From a virus (Duplodnaviria; Caudoviricetes), in IMG/VR virus record IMGVR_UViG_3300030117_005059, positions 1 to 63,714 of that record: DNA of 63,714 nt. One strand, given 5' to 3'. The position numbers and the translations under genes were made by a program. A model generated the notes under the pieces. The model was not told the DNA's origin. It ran no database searches and saw only the letters and a program-made list of their open reading frames with translations. Of the stretch, positions 1-10,003 are shown in pieces; position 1 is the stretch's first letter; each line of letters starts with the position of its first letter.

Positions 1-1932
1 CCCCCCCTGGTGGGCAAAACCACCTTGTTCAAGAAGCATTCTTGGTCCAAAGTATCCCAACAAACCACCAGCAGCAGCACCAACGGCACCACCAACTAAA
101 GTTCCAATACCAGGGAATATTGACCCGATTGCTGCACCAAATTGAGCGCCCTTAAGCATACCACCGCCGACCAAAGCTGCTGTACCGGCACCGCTGGTTA
201 AAGCACCTTTGATAACACCTAATAGGGCTTTTCCAATGGCTGTCAAAGCAGGCACAGCAGCGGATTGAAATTTATCCATAGCGCCCTCAAAATCCCCTTC
301 AAGGATCATACCAAACGTATCTTTTATACCCCGTATAAAACCCTGCACAGGTTCAGAATTAAATATCGATATCAGTGTAGGGAACAAATCATTAGCTAGG
401 TAGTCAATACCTGCGATTAAATTGTCAGCGATGAAGTTTGATATCCCCACTAATGTCTCGCCGAACTGCCCAGCACTGCCGCCGGTCATGTCCATCAGTG
501 GCAAAACTCTCTCAGACAAAACATCACCAATATGTGTAATAACATTTGCAAGTGGTGCAAAGACTCTTTTTGATAGATCAAAATAAACTTTTGACATATT
601 GTCTGACCTTTGTAATAGTGGTGTTAATACTCTTGTACCCAAATCAATAAGACTAGTCACCAACGGGCTAACATCAAGAACCATCTTTTGGAAGAAACCT
701 TTGATCTTGTCCATAAGAGAAAGATAATCTTTACCTCTCTTTTCTGCCTCTTCCCTTTCCATCCTTTCTGTCTCAAAAGCCTCTCGACTTACACTAAGTC
801 TCTTAAGGTCGGCTACTTCAAGTCCAGTAATACCAGCCAAGTTTCTCTTCTGAAACTTACTTAATTGATCAAACTGCACTCCCTGTGCCTTAAGATTGTT
901 CATAACAGCTAAAGCACGATCTGTTTCACTCATCTTCATAAGTTCTATCGTGTTAAGTTGTGTCCCGAACGTGGCATTCAATTTAGACACCACGTCCGAC
1001 GCTGAGTCGTAGTCCTCAAATTTATCAGAGAAAGCTAATAAAGCTTCGGCGTTAACGCCAAATTGTCTTCCCATCTTTTGAAACTCCAAAGCGGTTCCCA
1101 TTGCCCTTGGTCCTAGCTCTGCCAAAGATTTTGACATCCCTAGTGTCGCTCTCCCCAACGCTCCTGGGTCCATCCCCATGTTCTTAGCGGTGCCAAGAAT
1201 TGTCATAGAAAAATCTTCTACTTCCTTCATTCCTCCACCAAAAGTCCCAACAATCTGGTCTATCGCCTCAGTCGTTGTTGTGGCATCAATACCAAGCTGA
1301 CTTACGTCCGCAGCAAGATCAATGGCTGACTTACGAAATCCTGCTGATTCTCTCTGGAAGAAAGCAAAGTTATCATTCATTGTTCCAACTAGTTGCGCTG
1401 CTTGCTCCGTGGTGCCACCAAATAAAGCTAACTCTCTCTTAGCAAAGGTAAGCTCCTCAGTGAAAGCCATCGCACCACCAGTAGCTTTTCTAAATTCCTG
1501 TGATTGTTTTTCTACTTCTAAAGTCGCTGTAATTATGCTACCAACAAAACTAGAGACTACAGCCTTAACACCCTCGTAAGCTCCCTGTAGTGCTCGGATG
1601 CGTCTGATGGCTGCTGCGTGGTTTTTCTTGGCTTTCTTTTCTTCAGCATCTTGAAATTCAGCAACCTCATTGTTGTAGGCTCTTTGCTCTTCTTCAGACT
1701 GTCTCCTGAGAGCAGCAATCTCCGCCTCAATTTCTGCGGTCGCCTCGCCTCTCGCTCTGGCTTCCTCAAGGGCTTCTTTTTCAGCTTCAATGCGAGCATT
1801 AAGACCTTGGAGTTCAATTTGCAGTTGTTGTTCTCTCTCTGCGAATTGTTCTCTGGTTCTATCAGCAATCTCATCGAGAGCCTCTTGAAGTAATCGTCTT
1901 CGTTCTTCTACTGCTTCTTCAAAAGTAGCCAA
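1..1932 (-). CDS. Tail tape measure protein (runs off the window start; absent from the ORF track)
   Basis: TTG start at 1932 with AGGAG 10 nt upstream. Manual translation gives MATFEEAVEERRRLLQEALDEIADRTREQF..., a long helical/coiled-coil stretch, and the same frame at the window edge gives a Gly-zipper (GAAIGSIFPGIGTLVGGAVGAAAGGLLG). It lies downstream of the tube and chaperone genes. I checked both ends of the frame, not every codon. Confidence 0.8.
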   Translation of the reverse strand, partial: MATFEEAVEERRRLLQEALDEIADRTREQFAEREQQLQIELQGLNARIEAEKEALEEARARGEATAEIEAEIAALRRQSEEEQRAYNNEVAEFQDAEEKKAKKNHAAAIRRIRALQGAYEGVKAVVSSFVGSIITATLEVEKQSQEFRKATGGAMAFTEELTFAKRELALFGGTTEQAAQLVGTMNDNFAFFQRESAGFRKSAIDLAADVSQLGIDATTTTEAIDQIVGTFGGGMKEVEDFSMTILGTAKNMGMDPGALGRATLGMSKSLAELGPRAMGTALEFQKMGRQFGVNAEALLAFSDKFEDYDSASDVVSKLNATFGTQLNTIELMKMSETDRALAVMNNLKAQGVQFDQLSKFQKRNLAGITGLEVADLKRLSVSREAFETERMEREEAEKRGKDYLSLMDKIKGFFQKMVLDVSPLVTSLIDLGTRVLTPLLQRSDNMSKVYFDLSKRVFAPLANVITHIGDVLSERVLPLMDMTGGSAGQFGETLVGISNFIADNLIAGIDYLANDLFPTLISIFNSEPVQGFIRGIKDTFGMILEGDFEGAMDKFQSAAVPALTAIGKALLGVIKGALTSGAGTAALVGGGMLKGAQFGAAIGSIFPGIGTLVGGAVGAAAGGLLGYFGPRMLLEQGGFAHQGG

Positions 1933-1951
1933 CTTATATTAACTCCTACTC

Positions 1952-2284
1952 TTATTTAAGAGGCCACGAAATGCCCGTTTCCTTTTCAAACATTTGGATC
2001 GAGCGGTTTAGTTTAGCTCTTTGTTTATAAGTCATTGGGCTATCTAAACCGTGCCTCTTAATAGAGTCCATATACTTTTTCTCGCCAATCAAGGCGGAGG
2101 TAAATCGATCAACTTGAATCCTGTTACCAACAACTCTTACTGGCACTCTTGTGCCCTTAAACATCTTCTCCAACAAGTATTGAATCCAGGCACCAAAGAC
2201 CTTTAACATGTTCTCGTCAAGCTGGTCTTTATTACCGCTGTCCAGATCAAAAACAAATTTATTAAAGTCAATCATATCTTTCAC
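1952..2284 (-). CDS. Hypothetical protein between tail chaperone and tape measure
   Basis: 110-aa ORF, GTG start with GGAGG SD, AACTATTTA motif upstream. Confidence 0.75.
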   Translation of the reverse strand: MKDMIDFNKFVFDLDSGNKDQLDENMLKVFGAWIQYLLEKMFKGTRVPVRVVGNRIQVDRFTSALIGEKKYMDSIKRHGLDSPMTYKQRAKLNRSIQMFEKETGISWPLK

Positions 2285-2313
2285 GGTCTGCCCTCCAAGT
2301 ATACAACTCTTAT

Positions 2314-2322
2314 TAAATAGTT
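2314..2322 (-). promoter_or_regulatory. Putative late promoter motif AACTATTTA
   Basis: Exact motif recurring in intergenic gaps just upstream of structural genes. Confidence 0.65.
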
Positions 2323-2341
2323 GGCATAGTCAAATAAATAC

Positions 2342-2367
2342 AAAGGGGAACCCTGTGGCTCCCCTTT
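2342..2367 (-). terminator. Probable intrinsic terminator
   Basis: Minus-strand hairpin AAAGGGGAGCC-ACAG-GGTTCCCCTTT followed by GTATTTATTT, at the stop of the 2366 ORF. Confidence 0.7.
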
Positions 2368-2558
2368 ATTTTTTGTTTGCGGCTCGCTTTCTCGCTTTGG
2401 CAGTGTCCTCAATTTCTTTTTGTAATCTTTTTAGGAACCACCTTCTCAGTTTAATTGGGAGATTATAAGATTCAAAGAAGCTCCATCCACCATAGTGTTT
2501 CAACAAGAAAAGCTCTTCATACACTGATTCTATATATGCGTTATTCAGGCCAAAAAAA
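2366..2558 (-). CDS. Tail assembly chaperone C-terminal extension (gp51/gpT-like), probably made by frameshift
   Basis: FFGLNNAYIESVYEELFLLKHYGGWSFFESYNLPIKLRRWFLKRLQKEIE resembles the gpT/gp51-type helical domain. It has no good start or SD of its own and overlaps the upstream gene at a T7 run. Confidence 0.65.
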
Positions 2559-3392
2559 CTCCGCACTAAGCGGGATCTCCATCTCCTCATCATGTCCACA
2601 ACTATTACACACGAAGTAATCACTGAGGACAATATCAGGATTCACTTGCTTATATACTTTTCTCATATGCCTAGCGTCCAATGCTGGCATTAGCTCAACT
2701 GCTCTAGCTAGATCAACGGGTTGAGTTGAACCATTGACACTAACTAGGATTGACCTTAGCAGGTCGGTTGATTGAGTTTCACCTAGTTTATGTTTTTTCT
2801 TTTGCTCTCTTTGTTTTGTGGCTTTCACCTCATCCCCAGCAGTAAGAAGTCTAAACTCAACAGGGTAACCGCTTTTAGGGAGAGTGGTCAGATACAATCC
2901 ATTTGCTGAACCTTTGGAAACACCTAGGCTATCTAAGTCTTGCTCTTTAAATTGCGTGATTCTCTCAATGCTATACGAAACCTCTTCCGCTGCTCCACAA
3001 GATGGGCAAACCATTCTTACTTCATAGTCATCACCATAACCAGTGACTCTCGCTGCCACCAAGATAGCATTTCTATCACCGATCAAGAGGTCATTTGCCC
3101 TGATTCTTTTATCAAGAACAAGACTGTCAACCAATCTATTCAAAGCCATGCCACTTTTCAATAGCGATCTAGACGTTAGAATATCTTCCTCTTTTGCTGT
3201 CATAAAACGAATCTCTACTTCGCCAACGCCAGCTAAAGGATGGGGATCTTGATAACTTTGACCTTTCGATGGCAATTTGACCATTTCCGTAGGAACTGAC
3301 CAATCCATCTGTGCGGCAGGTGCTTGAGTTGGAGCAGGGCTATTACCCTCGTGTAGATCTGGTACGCCCATACGCTCTTCGTTTCTGCTCAT
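2541..3392 (-). CDS. Baseplate hub/tail assembly chaperone, T4 gp26-like
   Basis: VKLPSKG...IRFMTAKEEDIL...GYG...CPSC and a C-terminal CNSC, ending EFFWPE; located after the tail tube gene. Confidence 0.75.
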   Translation of the reverse strand: MSRNEERMGVPDLHEGNSPAPTQAPAAQMDWSVPTEMVKLPSKGQSYQDPHPLAGVGEVEIRFMTAKEEDILTSRSLLKSGMALNRLVDSLVLDKRIRANDLLIGDRNAILVAARVTGYGDDYEVRMVCPSCGAAEEVSYSIERITQFKEQDLDSLGVSKGSANGLYLTTLPKSGYPVEFRLLTAGDEVKATKQREQKKKHKLGETQSTDLLRSILVSVNGSTQPVDLARAVELMPALDARHMRKVYKQVNPDIVLSDYFVCNSCGHDEEMEIPLSAEFFWPE

Positions 3393-3421
3393 AAATAAAA
3401 CCTTTCCTAGATGTAGTATCT

Positions 3422-3450
3422 AGTTTACTCTAATAATATTGTGGTGTTAA
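3422..3450 (-). promoter_or_regulatory. Possible sigma70-type promoter TTAACA-17-TAAACT
   Basis: Near-consensus hexamers with a 17-nt spacer in the tube/chaperone gap. Confidence 0.45.
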
Positions 3451-3453
3451 ATT

Positions 3454-4014
3454 TTAGACAGTGCCCGCATAGCCAGCCACTGCGTTACCACTCCTTGTAA
3501 GTTCTGCCCAGTCGAATGAGATATCAACGCTAAGCTCTTGCAAGCCGTCATCACCGTAGTCAAGTCCCTGACCAAAGGACACCTTCTCAATCCAAGCGTT
3601 CTTAAGTTCCCACACTTCAATTTCACTTCCGTTATTATCAAGCTGCACAATACGAACAGCGCCTCCGATAGCTTCAATCGCTTTACCTTTACTGGTAGTG
3701 CGAATCGCACCGGGACCAGTTGGGTAATCATACCCTGATTTTCTAATGATATTAATAAGAGTTCTAGCAAGATCTGGATTAACAGGATCGCCCATGGTGA
3801 CACTAATAGGAGAGTTCCAAGTAACTCGCCCAGGATACTTAAACGTATGGTTCAAATATTGGTGCTCCTGCGATGCAATGGTTGCCTCCGGCTTAGCCGA
3901 AACACTCTTAACTACCCAAACAGGAACCCCACCTAGATAAAAGAAGAACCTATATTTTCTTTTCGGATCTGCCTGAGCGTCTCCCCAGAAAATTCCTTCA
4001 CCTGCATTTGCCAT
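3454..4014 (-). CDS. Tail tube protein (gp19-like)
   Basis: DPKRKYRF...YPGRVTW...WELKNAWI...LDY...ISFDWA pattern, directly after the sheath gene. Confidence 0.9.
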   Translation of the reverse strand: MANAGEGIFWGDAQADPKRKYRFFFYLGGVPVWVVKSVSAKPEATIASQEHQYLNHTFKYPGRVTWNSPISVTMGDPVNPDLARTLINIIRKSGYDYPTGPGAIRTTSKGKAIEAIGGAVRIVQLDNNGSEIEVWELKNAWIEKVSFGQGLDYGDDGLQELSVDISFDWAELTRSGNAVAGYAGTV

Positions 4015-4056
4015 TCTTATTTTACTCCCTTGTTAAAGTATATAGTCCTTTGTCGA

Positions 4057-7000
4057 TTAATCCGCAAACGATGCTCCAGTATTTGTAATCACAAAATCGA
4101 TTGCAAAGAACTCGGCAGTCCGGGTTGGTTTCAACAAAATCTTAGCGTAAATAATATTTCTATCAACTAAGTCTGGAGTCGTTGTTGATTCATCCAAAAT
4201 CAAGCGGAACTCTTCGAGACCAAATCTCGACTGAACGCTCCGAAGAACTGGCTCTGCTTGTCCAATAAATCTGTTCCATGTTGACTGAGTGTTTTGATCA
4301 AACAACATCCGACTTGCAATGAAACTAATCTCTTTCTTGAGGAACACCATCAAGCGGCGAACGTTAATACGGTCAAGTGCTGATCGAGTTACCTGTAGAG
4401 TCTTCTGTCCGAAGATCACAATACCCTCTGCTGGGAACTGTGCGATTGGGTTAATGTTAGCAGCGTACAACTCGTCTCTTTCGTCAGACGTCAGTCGTCT
4501 TGAAACATCAAGCACTGGTACACCACCCGCACCCTCAGACAATCCACCTCGTGCAAAGCCGGCTGGTGCATACCAAGGAGCCCGGACACGATCAGTGAAC
4601 GAGAACGCACCCAGGGCTGCAACCGAAGGCGGTGCCCAAAGAGCCTGACCGCTAACCGTATCTTGGATACGAACCCAGGGATAGTAAGCTGCACCGTAAC
4701 TATTGTTGAGCCCTCTTTCACGAAGCGAATCAACTGCCTGCTTGATAGAGAACGAGTTACGATCTTTGTAGCTCTTAGTATTTTCGCTTTGTGCGTCATA
4801 GACCTTTTCGAGATCAATGATAGCGATAGCGTCACCACGATCCTCAGTTACGTCTAAGAGATAATCAGTCACACCAACGGCAGTAACACCAGGGACGGTA
4901 ATGACATTAAATTCAACTACCTCTGGATCTCTTACAACATTAATCGCTCGGCGCAAGCTATGGAGTTCATAACTTGTTTTTTCTGATGTGCCGATATTTC
5001 TATTTGCAAAAGGTTCACGCTCAGTGATGTCCAAGCCATCAAAACCGCCGTGGAGGCAAGTGGTGAACTGGTTGTAGTTGTTTTCCAACACTCGCTTGTA
5101 TGAGGCGGACGCAGCCGAGGCGGAAACGATGTTTTGTCCGTTTTCAGTTGGAACTTTTGCACCAGCCGTGAAACTAAAGTCCGCAGCACGCTTACCACGT
5201 CGGTACACAGCCGCATCCGTCGATCCACTAACAGGTCCAACATCGTCCAATGAGAAGCACCACATGTGCTGCAATGGACTTGATCCTGCGTTTGTATCTT
5301 GACCAATGAAGCCACCATTACGCCCTTGGGCACCTGGCTCTGCGCCAATGTCAAGATTAGTAGTAGGTGAGTTCGAGTCATTTAGCCCCTGAGCCCTAGA
5401 CCTTAGAAGGTCAATAACCTCTGTGCTAAATCTATTGTCCGAAAAGGCTTTGCCAGTGTAAGCACCAAAGTAAATATTCTTTGGACTATTCGGGCTACCA
5501 TCAGACGAACTAATACGAAGTGGCAAGCTTGGCATGACAACTGATAGCTGCTGTGCGGCTTCCGTTCCTGAGATTACAGTTGCTGCACCGCCAAGGTGTC
5601 CACCGACAACACCGAACGCTGACTGTTCGCCACCGTCAACCATAACGTGACGACTGACAGCAGCAGGATTACTCAAGGTACCAAAGCTGGCAGCGCCACT
5701 AACGATTGCAAAGTCTCTGTATTTGATAGGACCAAACACACCGAAGGGTAGATACTCAGGGTTTGTTACCGCACGATCAACATCCTCATCCATTACCACA
5801 CGAATGTAGCGAGACTTGTTCGGATAGTTGCCGTAAGTTCGGTTTGCACCCTCTGAAGTTTGATATTCTACAAACTGATCACCGATTTCTCTAGCGATAT
5901 ATCTTCTAGCCGCAGGATTCAAACTTAAGTTATCAAATCTCTCTAGCACAACTGGTCTATTATCATTATCCGACAGACGACGAACAACAACAGAGAACGT
6001 ACCATAAGGATCAAAGTCATTAGTAGGTGCAGTGATGTTAGTGATAGAAATTTTAATTTCTCTTTGCGTGCTTTCCCCAGCGGAGATAGCTTCAAATCTA
6101 AACAGCTTCTGCATATTCTCTGGCTTGAAGCCAGAAGTATTAGAGCCTAGATCCTGTGAGATGTACCAGCCAGTTGTAGCCTTAGAGGCTGCTTGGCGGT
6201 GATCTGCTTGCTCTTGCTCGGTATTCTGATCATTGCGGAGCGGCATGACAGCGCCAATAAGGGTACCGGCAGTCTGCACAGTACCAGTAATCGCCAACTC
6301 AGCAAAATCAGTCTGGTTAACGTGTCTCTCGAAGGTTTCCCCCAAGAAATAGTTAATGTTTGTAGTAGTCCCAGGGAACTTAGCCGTTGAGATACCACTG
6401 TTTGTTAGCGTTGGGTCAGTGTTAAACACCTTACGGATAAATCTTTCACTGTTGGGATTAAAGTTGAACCTAATCTTATCAACTTCGCTGCCACCAGCAG
6501 TGATACTAGCAACAAACTCACCATTGGAATCACTCTTAATCAGAGTACAGCCACGGCTCTGGGTTTGTCTATTGTTACCAGTCGTTCCTGACAGGAGGAC
6601 ACGCCCACCAGCAGTATCATCGTCTACACAGTAGAAAATAGCTGCCAGGGTACCCGTTGCTTGGAGAACTTGAGCACCAGTTGCTGGTCCTGAAGCGGAT
6701 GGCCAAACAAATAGCCCCCAAGCACCACCCTCAGTATCAGTGGCACTGATTGACCCAAACTTCCAGCCGGCTTTGCCGCCATTAGCTTCTGTTGCATTGG
6801 GGTCCTCTTCGCCTAACAGGCGAACAACGTTTAGAGTAGGATTGTTTCTTAACCAGGCTTGTGCAGCATAAGCAGCGTAGGTTGGGGAAGTCATGTTTCC
6901 TTCACGCCAAACATCTCCACTACGACCGCCGGGAACTGGTGCCCCGAATACATCAACAAATTCTGCGAAAGACTCAACTCTGACTGGAGTCATAGCCGGT

Positions 7001-7122
7001 CCTTTTTGCATACGACCAATAACTAGGGGTCCAATATCACCGGGTTCTCTTGGGATCTCCGAGTTGTCGATCTCATTAACGAAAACGCCGGGAGACACAA
7101 ACTTAAACTTTCTTTCAGCCAT
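4057..7122 (-). CDS. Contractile tail sheath protein (gp18-like)
   Basis: N-terminal FVSPGVFVNEIDNS; C-terminal YYPWV, PWYAPAG, INPI, GQKTLQ, SALDRINVRRL. Confidence 0.97.
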   Translation of the reverse strand: MAERKFKFVSPGVFVNEIDNSEIPREPGDIGPLVIGRMQKGPAMTPVRVESFAEFVDVFGAPVPGGRSGDVWREGNMTSPTYAAYAAQAWLRNNPTLNVVRLLGEEDPNATEANGGKAGWKFGSISATDTEGGAWGLFVWPSASGPATGAQVLQATGTLAAIFYCVDDDTAGGRVLLSGTTGNNRQTQSRGCTLIKSDSNGEFVASITAGGSEVDKIRFNFNPNSERFIRKVFNTDPTLTNSGISTAKFPGTTTNINYFLGETFERHVNQTDFAELAITGTVQTAGTLIGAVMPLRNDQNTEQEQADHRQAASKATTGWYISQDLGSNTSGFKPENMQKLFRFEAISAGESTQREIKISITNITAPTNDFDPYGTFSVVVRRLSDNDNRPVVLERFDNLSLNPAARRYIAREIGDQFVEYQTSEGANRTYGNYPNKSRYIRVVMDEDVDRAVTNPEYLPFGVFGPIKYRDFAIVSGAASFGTLSNPAAVSRHVMVDGGEQSAFGVVGGHLGGAATVISGTEAAQQLSVVMPSLPLRISSSDGSPNSPKNIYFGAYTGKAFSDNRFSTEVIDLLRSRAQGLNDSNSPTTNLDIGAEPGAQGRNGGFIGQDTNAGSSPLQHMWCFSLDDVGPVSGSTDAAVYRRGKRAADFSFTAGAKVPTENGQNIVSASAASASYKRVLENNYNQFTTCLHGGFDGLDITEREPFANRNIGTSEKTSYELHSLRRAINVVRDPEVVEFNVITVPGVTAVGVTDYLLDVTEDRGDAIAIIDLEKVYDAQSENTKSYKDRNSFSIKQAVDSLRERGLNNSYGAAYYPWVRIQDTVSGQALWAPPSVAALGAFSFTDRVRAPWYAPAGFARGGLSEGAGGVPVLDVSRRLTSDERDELYAANINPIAQFPAEGIVIFGQKTLQVTRSALDRINVRRLMVFLKKEISFIASRMLFDQNTQSTWNRFIGQAEPVLRSVQSRFGLEEFRLILDESTTTPDLVDRNIIYAKILLKPTRTAEFFAIDFVITNTGASFAD

Positions 7123-7182
7123 TAAACTTTTCTCCTCTAAGACGAGTTACACTTTGGCGCAATCGCCAGTGCCGTTCCTTAG

Positions 7183-7191
7183 TAAATAGTT
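7183..7191 (-). promoter_or_regulatory. Putative late promoter motif AACTATTTA upstream of sheath
   Basis: Exact motif in the intergenic gap. Confidence 0.65.
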
Positions 7192-7218
7192 ACTTGATAT
7201 TGCAAACTCCCCGCAGTG

Positions 7219-8166
7219 TTATGGTTTTCCGAATGGTTTAATTTTGCGGGGAATTATCTTTTTACTTGCACGCACCTGATCAGCTAATCTGAACACTCCA
7301 CTTTCAAGCTCAACCTTCTGAACAAACTCTACTTCTTCCTCAACTAAAGCTCTTTCATTTTGGAATACAATTTCTGCTGCTGATTCTCTGATGACAACGT
7401 TTGGCTTGTCTTGATTCTTATCTCCACCAATAATATACCCGAGCACATTGATTGTCACATCGGTTTTAAATAATCTCTCGTCCTCACCAAGAGATGCAGC
7501 ATTGTTTGCCAACGAAAAGCTAGCGTCTACAAACGCCTCGTATCTATTGCCCTCATGAGTAATAAAGAAACTATTGATTGCACCCTTGTCAGTTATGATC
7601 GGTGCTAAAATTTGATTCATCTGTTGGACATATTCAGTTGTTATTGATACCGTATAAGAAACATCAATGTAGACCGGCTGAGGTATGGAGATCACCTCGT
7701 ATACAATTTTGCTGTTTTCCCTAGGAAACGTTTTGCGGAACTTGTCCGCACCAGACAAGCTTCTTCTAATCGAATCGGCGTTAGCTCTAACCGAAGTTTT
7801 GCTTTGTTTTATCCTTCTAGCAATAGTAATAGAGCCACCCTTCTCATCATTGACCCCTGGGAAATTACCGTGGTATATGCCACGGTTACCTGGGTCTTTT
7901 GACACAGATGTTCTCTCCAGAGAAATCAAAGGATAAATTAACGTTGTGTTATTGTCTCTAAGGTTCACATTATTCTTTATCATGTGCGCCCGCTCTTGTG
8001 TGGAAAAGAGCACGGGGACTTTTTTAAACCCCTTGTTTGTATCGCAATGAATATCTAAAGTTTCATTGATATATTTGAACATAGCAAAGTCAATATCCTC
8101 AATTCTTGAGGGGTTGATCGGCAATTGGGTTTCTGTTAACTCATTTGTCTTGGTTCTACGAGGCAT
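7219..8166 (-). CDS. Tail completion/sheath terminator (gp15-like)
   Basis: KVPV...ER, LIYPLIS, PQPVYIDVSY...YVQQMNQI motifs; lies between neck and sheath genes. Confidence 0.7.
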   Translation of the reverse strand: MPRRTKTNELTETQLPINPSRIEDIDFAMFKYINETLDIHCDTNKGFKKVPVLFSTQERAHMIKNNVNLRDNNTTLIYPLISLERTSVSKDPGNRGIYHGNFPGVNDEKGGSITIARRIKQSKTSVRANADSIRRSLSGADKFRKTFPRENSKIVYEVISIPQPVYIDVSYTVSITTEYVQQMNQILAPIITDKGAINSFFITHEGNRYEAFVDASFSLANNAASLGEDERLFKTDVTINVLGYIIGGDKNQDKPNVVIRESAAEIVFQNERALVEEEVEFVQKVELESGVFRLADQVRASKKIIPRKIKPFGKP

Positions 8167-8665
8167 CGAACAGTCCCTCCCTTGCCTTTCTACAAGTAGC
8201 TACAACCTCAACCTGTTTGTTATCTTGCCCAAAGAGTCTTCTAGGTTGGGATAATTTAACAATTTCATAATGTTGTTTTTCATACTGCACATAATCACCA
8301 ATACGGGCAAACAGGTCTTGATCCTCAGTTAATCTACGCTGGTGCATATGAACTGTTATGTTTGCAACTCTATCAATACCATATTTTTCACTGGTTTGAT
8401 TTGAACCCTCCCACACAACCAGGGCATATATGCGAATTGGAGGCAGGAAGGTTTTCTTGATCGCTTCTCCATATAAGGAGTGAAAGTTGGAAGCTTCCAT
8501 GTCAATCGGAAAATACAGAATCTGCTGTCCAACAACGTTTTCAATAATTTCATCATTGATTTGTTTGACAAGATCACGCTCTTTCTCACCAACAAACATT
8601 GGTGGTGGAGGTGCAGTGGGTTGTGTCCAGAGATTGTCGGGTTTTGATTTAGTGGAGTCAGACAT
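8156..8665 (-). CDS. Neck/head-closure protein (gp14-like)
   Basis: EIIENVVGQQILY, LYGEAIKKTF, IGD..YEI pattern; follows the gp13-like gene. Confidence 0.7.
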   Translation of the reverse strand: MSDSTKSKPDNLWTQPTAPPPPMFVGEKERDLVKQINDEIIENVVGQQILYFPIDMEASNFHSLYGEAIKKTFLPPIRIYALVVWEGSNQTSEKYGIDRVANITVHMHQRRLTEDQDLFARIGDYVQYEKQHYEIVKLSQPRRLFGQDNKQVEVVATCRKAREGLFDAS

Positions 8666-8670
8666 TTAAA

Positions 8671-9930
8671 CTACCCCACATAAATACCGTGAGGAACAAC
8701 CTTAAGTGTTTCGCCAAGAGAGTTCTGGAAGGCTGCATCACTTTCAGCAAGCTTGGAGTACGTCATTTCATCAAGCACTGTCTTAAGCTCTTCTCTTAAA
8801 GCGTTTTGTTCTTCTTTTCCTTCACTTATCAACGCAGATCCATTTAGCGTTACATCGTTGCCTGGGATGGGGATGCTGCCTAGTTTTGACCTAACCTGCC
8901 CCAGGGTTTCCTTACACAAAGCCAATGCAAACCTTCTAATCCACTGCTTGCCAATAGAGTTAATTCTGTTATAAGGCACATTAGGAAACGGTAACGTGTT
9001 CATGTTGTTGATACCATCAGCACCGTATCTACGATCACCCTCTTCATCATAATTCTCCTCTGGTAATCTAAACTTAACCCAGAACTTTTCTGGTGCAATA
9101 CCATCTTTAGGAGCAGGAAAGATTCTTAATTTATTATTTCTAAGTTCATATGAGTAATGAGAGCCACGGACTTTAATATTATCCTCATAGGCGTTTGCCT
9201 GTAGTTTGTTTTGCCAAACTGGGACTAATTGAAATGTGCTGTCATCTGAATACATACCATAAGTTGACAGGTTACCAACAATACCATAAGTGCCACCACC
9301 AAAGAATCTCCAAGCTGCGGCAGGGGTTTTATAATATACTTGCTCAATAATAACCTTGTTCTCCCCAACTTGGTTGAAAAATCTAGATGAACTATCAATT
9401 GAAGCCGAATATATCACTTGCTGTAAATCATAGTCCTGCTGATCATCGACTGTATCAAAAGATGCCGAATAGGCGGACTGGTGTCCACCAACTCCAGCAA
9501 GAACACCGACAGCTTCTGCCATATGCCTTGGAGCTTCAAGAGTAAATCGTGGAAACTTTAAGTTGGGTTTAATGTTTGTATCTGATCTATAAGAGGTAAA
9601 CTCTCCATCCTCATCAAAGGAACCAGTGGCTCCACCAAGCATATCTGATAAAACGTTTTTAGCTTGGTGCGTGTTAAGAATGTAAGAATACTCAAGACAC
9701 GACTCTTCATACGCTTGATAAACATTTCTTTCTTGCAGTTCGATATCTAATATGTTACCGCCCAACTTATTGAATACATATGCTACCTGATCAACCGCAC
9801 CACTAACAAACTCAGCAGATCCGCTATAAACACCGATAGCTAAAGAACTAGCCACGTTTTGATGTGTTCCAGTTATCGGTAAAACTTTTGCACTAGTTGT
9901 ACTGATTGGGCTTATGTTTCTTGCTACCAT
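8671..9930 (-). CDS. Neck protein (gp13-like head-tail adaptor)
   Basis: KLGG..LDIEL, WIRRFALALCKETLGQVRSK, IPG..VTLNG..L. Start moved to the ATG at 9930, behind a GGAGG SD. Confidence 0.85.
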   Translation of the reverse strand: MVARNISPISTTSAKVLPITGTHQNVASSLAIGVYSGSAEFVSGAVDQVAYVFNKLGGNILDIELQERNVYQAYEESCLEYSYILNTHQAKNVLSDMLGGATGSFDEDGEFTSYRSDTNIKPNLKFPRFTLEAPRHMAEAVGVLAGVGGHQSAYSASFDTVDDQQDYDLQQVIYSASIDSSSRFFNQVGENKVIIEQVYYKTPAAAWRFFGGGTYGIVGNLSTYGMYSDDSTFQLVPVWQNKLQANAYEDNIKVRGSHYSYELRNNKLRIFPAPKDGIAPEKFWVKFRLPEENYDEEGDRRYGADGINNMNTLPFPNVPYNRINSIGKQWIRRFALALCKETLGQVRSKLGSIPIPGNDVTLNGSALISEGKEEQNALREELKTVLDEMTYSKLAESDAAFQNSLGETLKVVPHGIYVG

Positions 9931-9970
9931 AATATGAATAGCCTCCAAGTAATGTAGGAGTAACCTTTAC

Positions 9971-9979
9971 TAAATAGTT
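9971..9979 (-). promoter_or_regulatory. Putative late promoter motif AACTATTTA upstream of neck genes
   Basis: Exact motif just downstream of the capsid terminator. Confidence 0.65.
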
Positions 9980-10003
9980 TGCCTTTATGTTAACTTGTCC
10001 TAT

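Noticed and set aside
1557-1874. 105-aa minus-strand ORF in the track
   Set aside because: Out-of-frame overlap inside the tape measure gene starting at 1932
2559-2632. Track start of the 88-aa ORF (MSSVITSC...)
   Set aside because: Lies within the conserved Zn-finger end of the gp26-like gene without an SD; only the part after the T7 run looks protein-like
3454-7122. Contractile injection system or tailocin
   Set aside because: Capsid, portal, terminase, protease and replication genes are present, so this is a genuine phage
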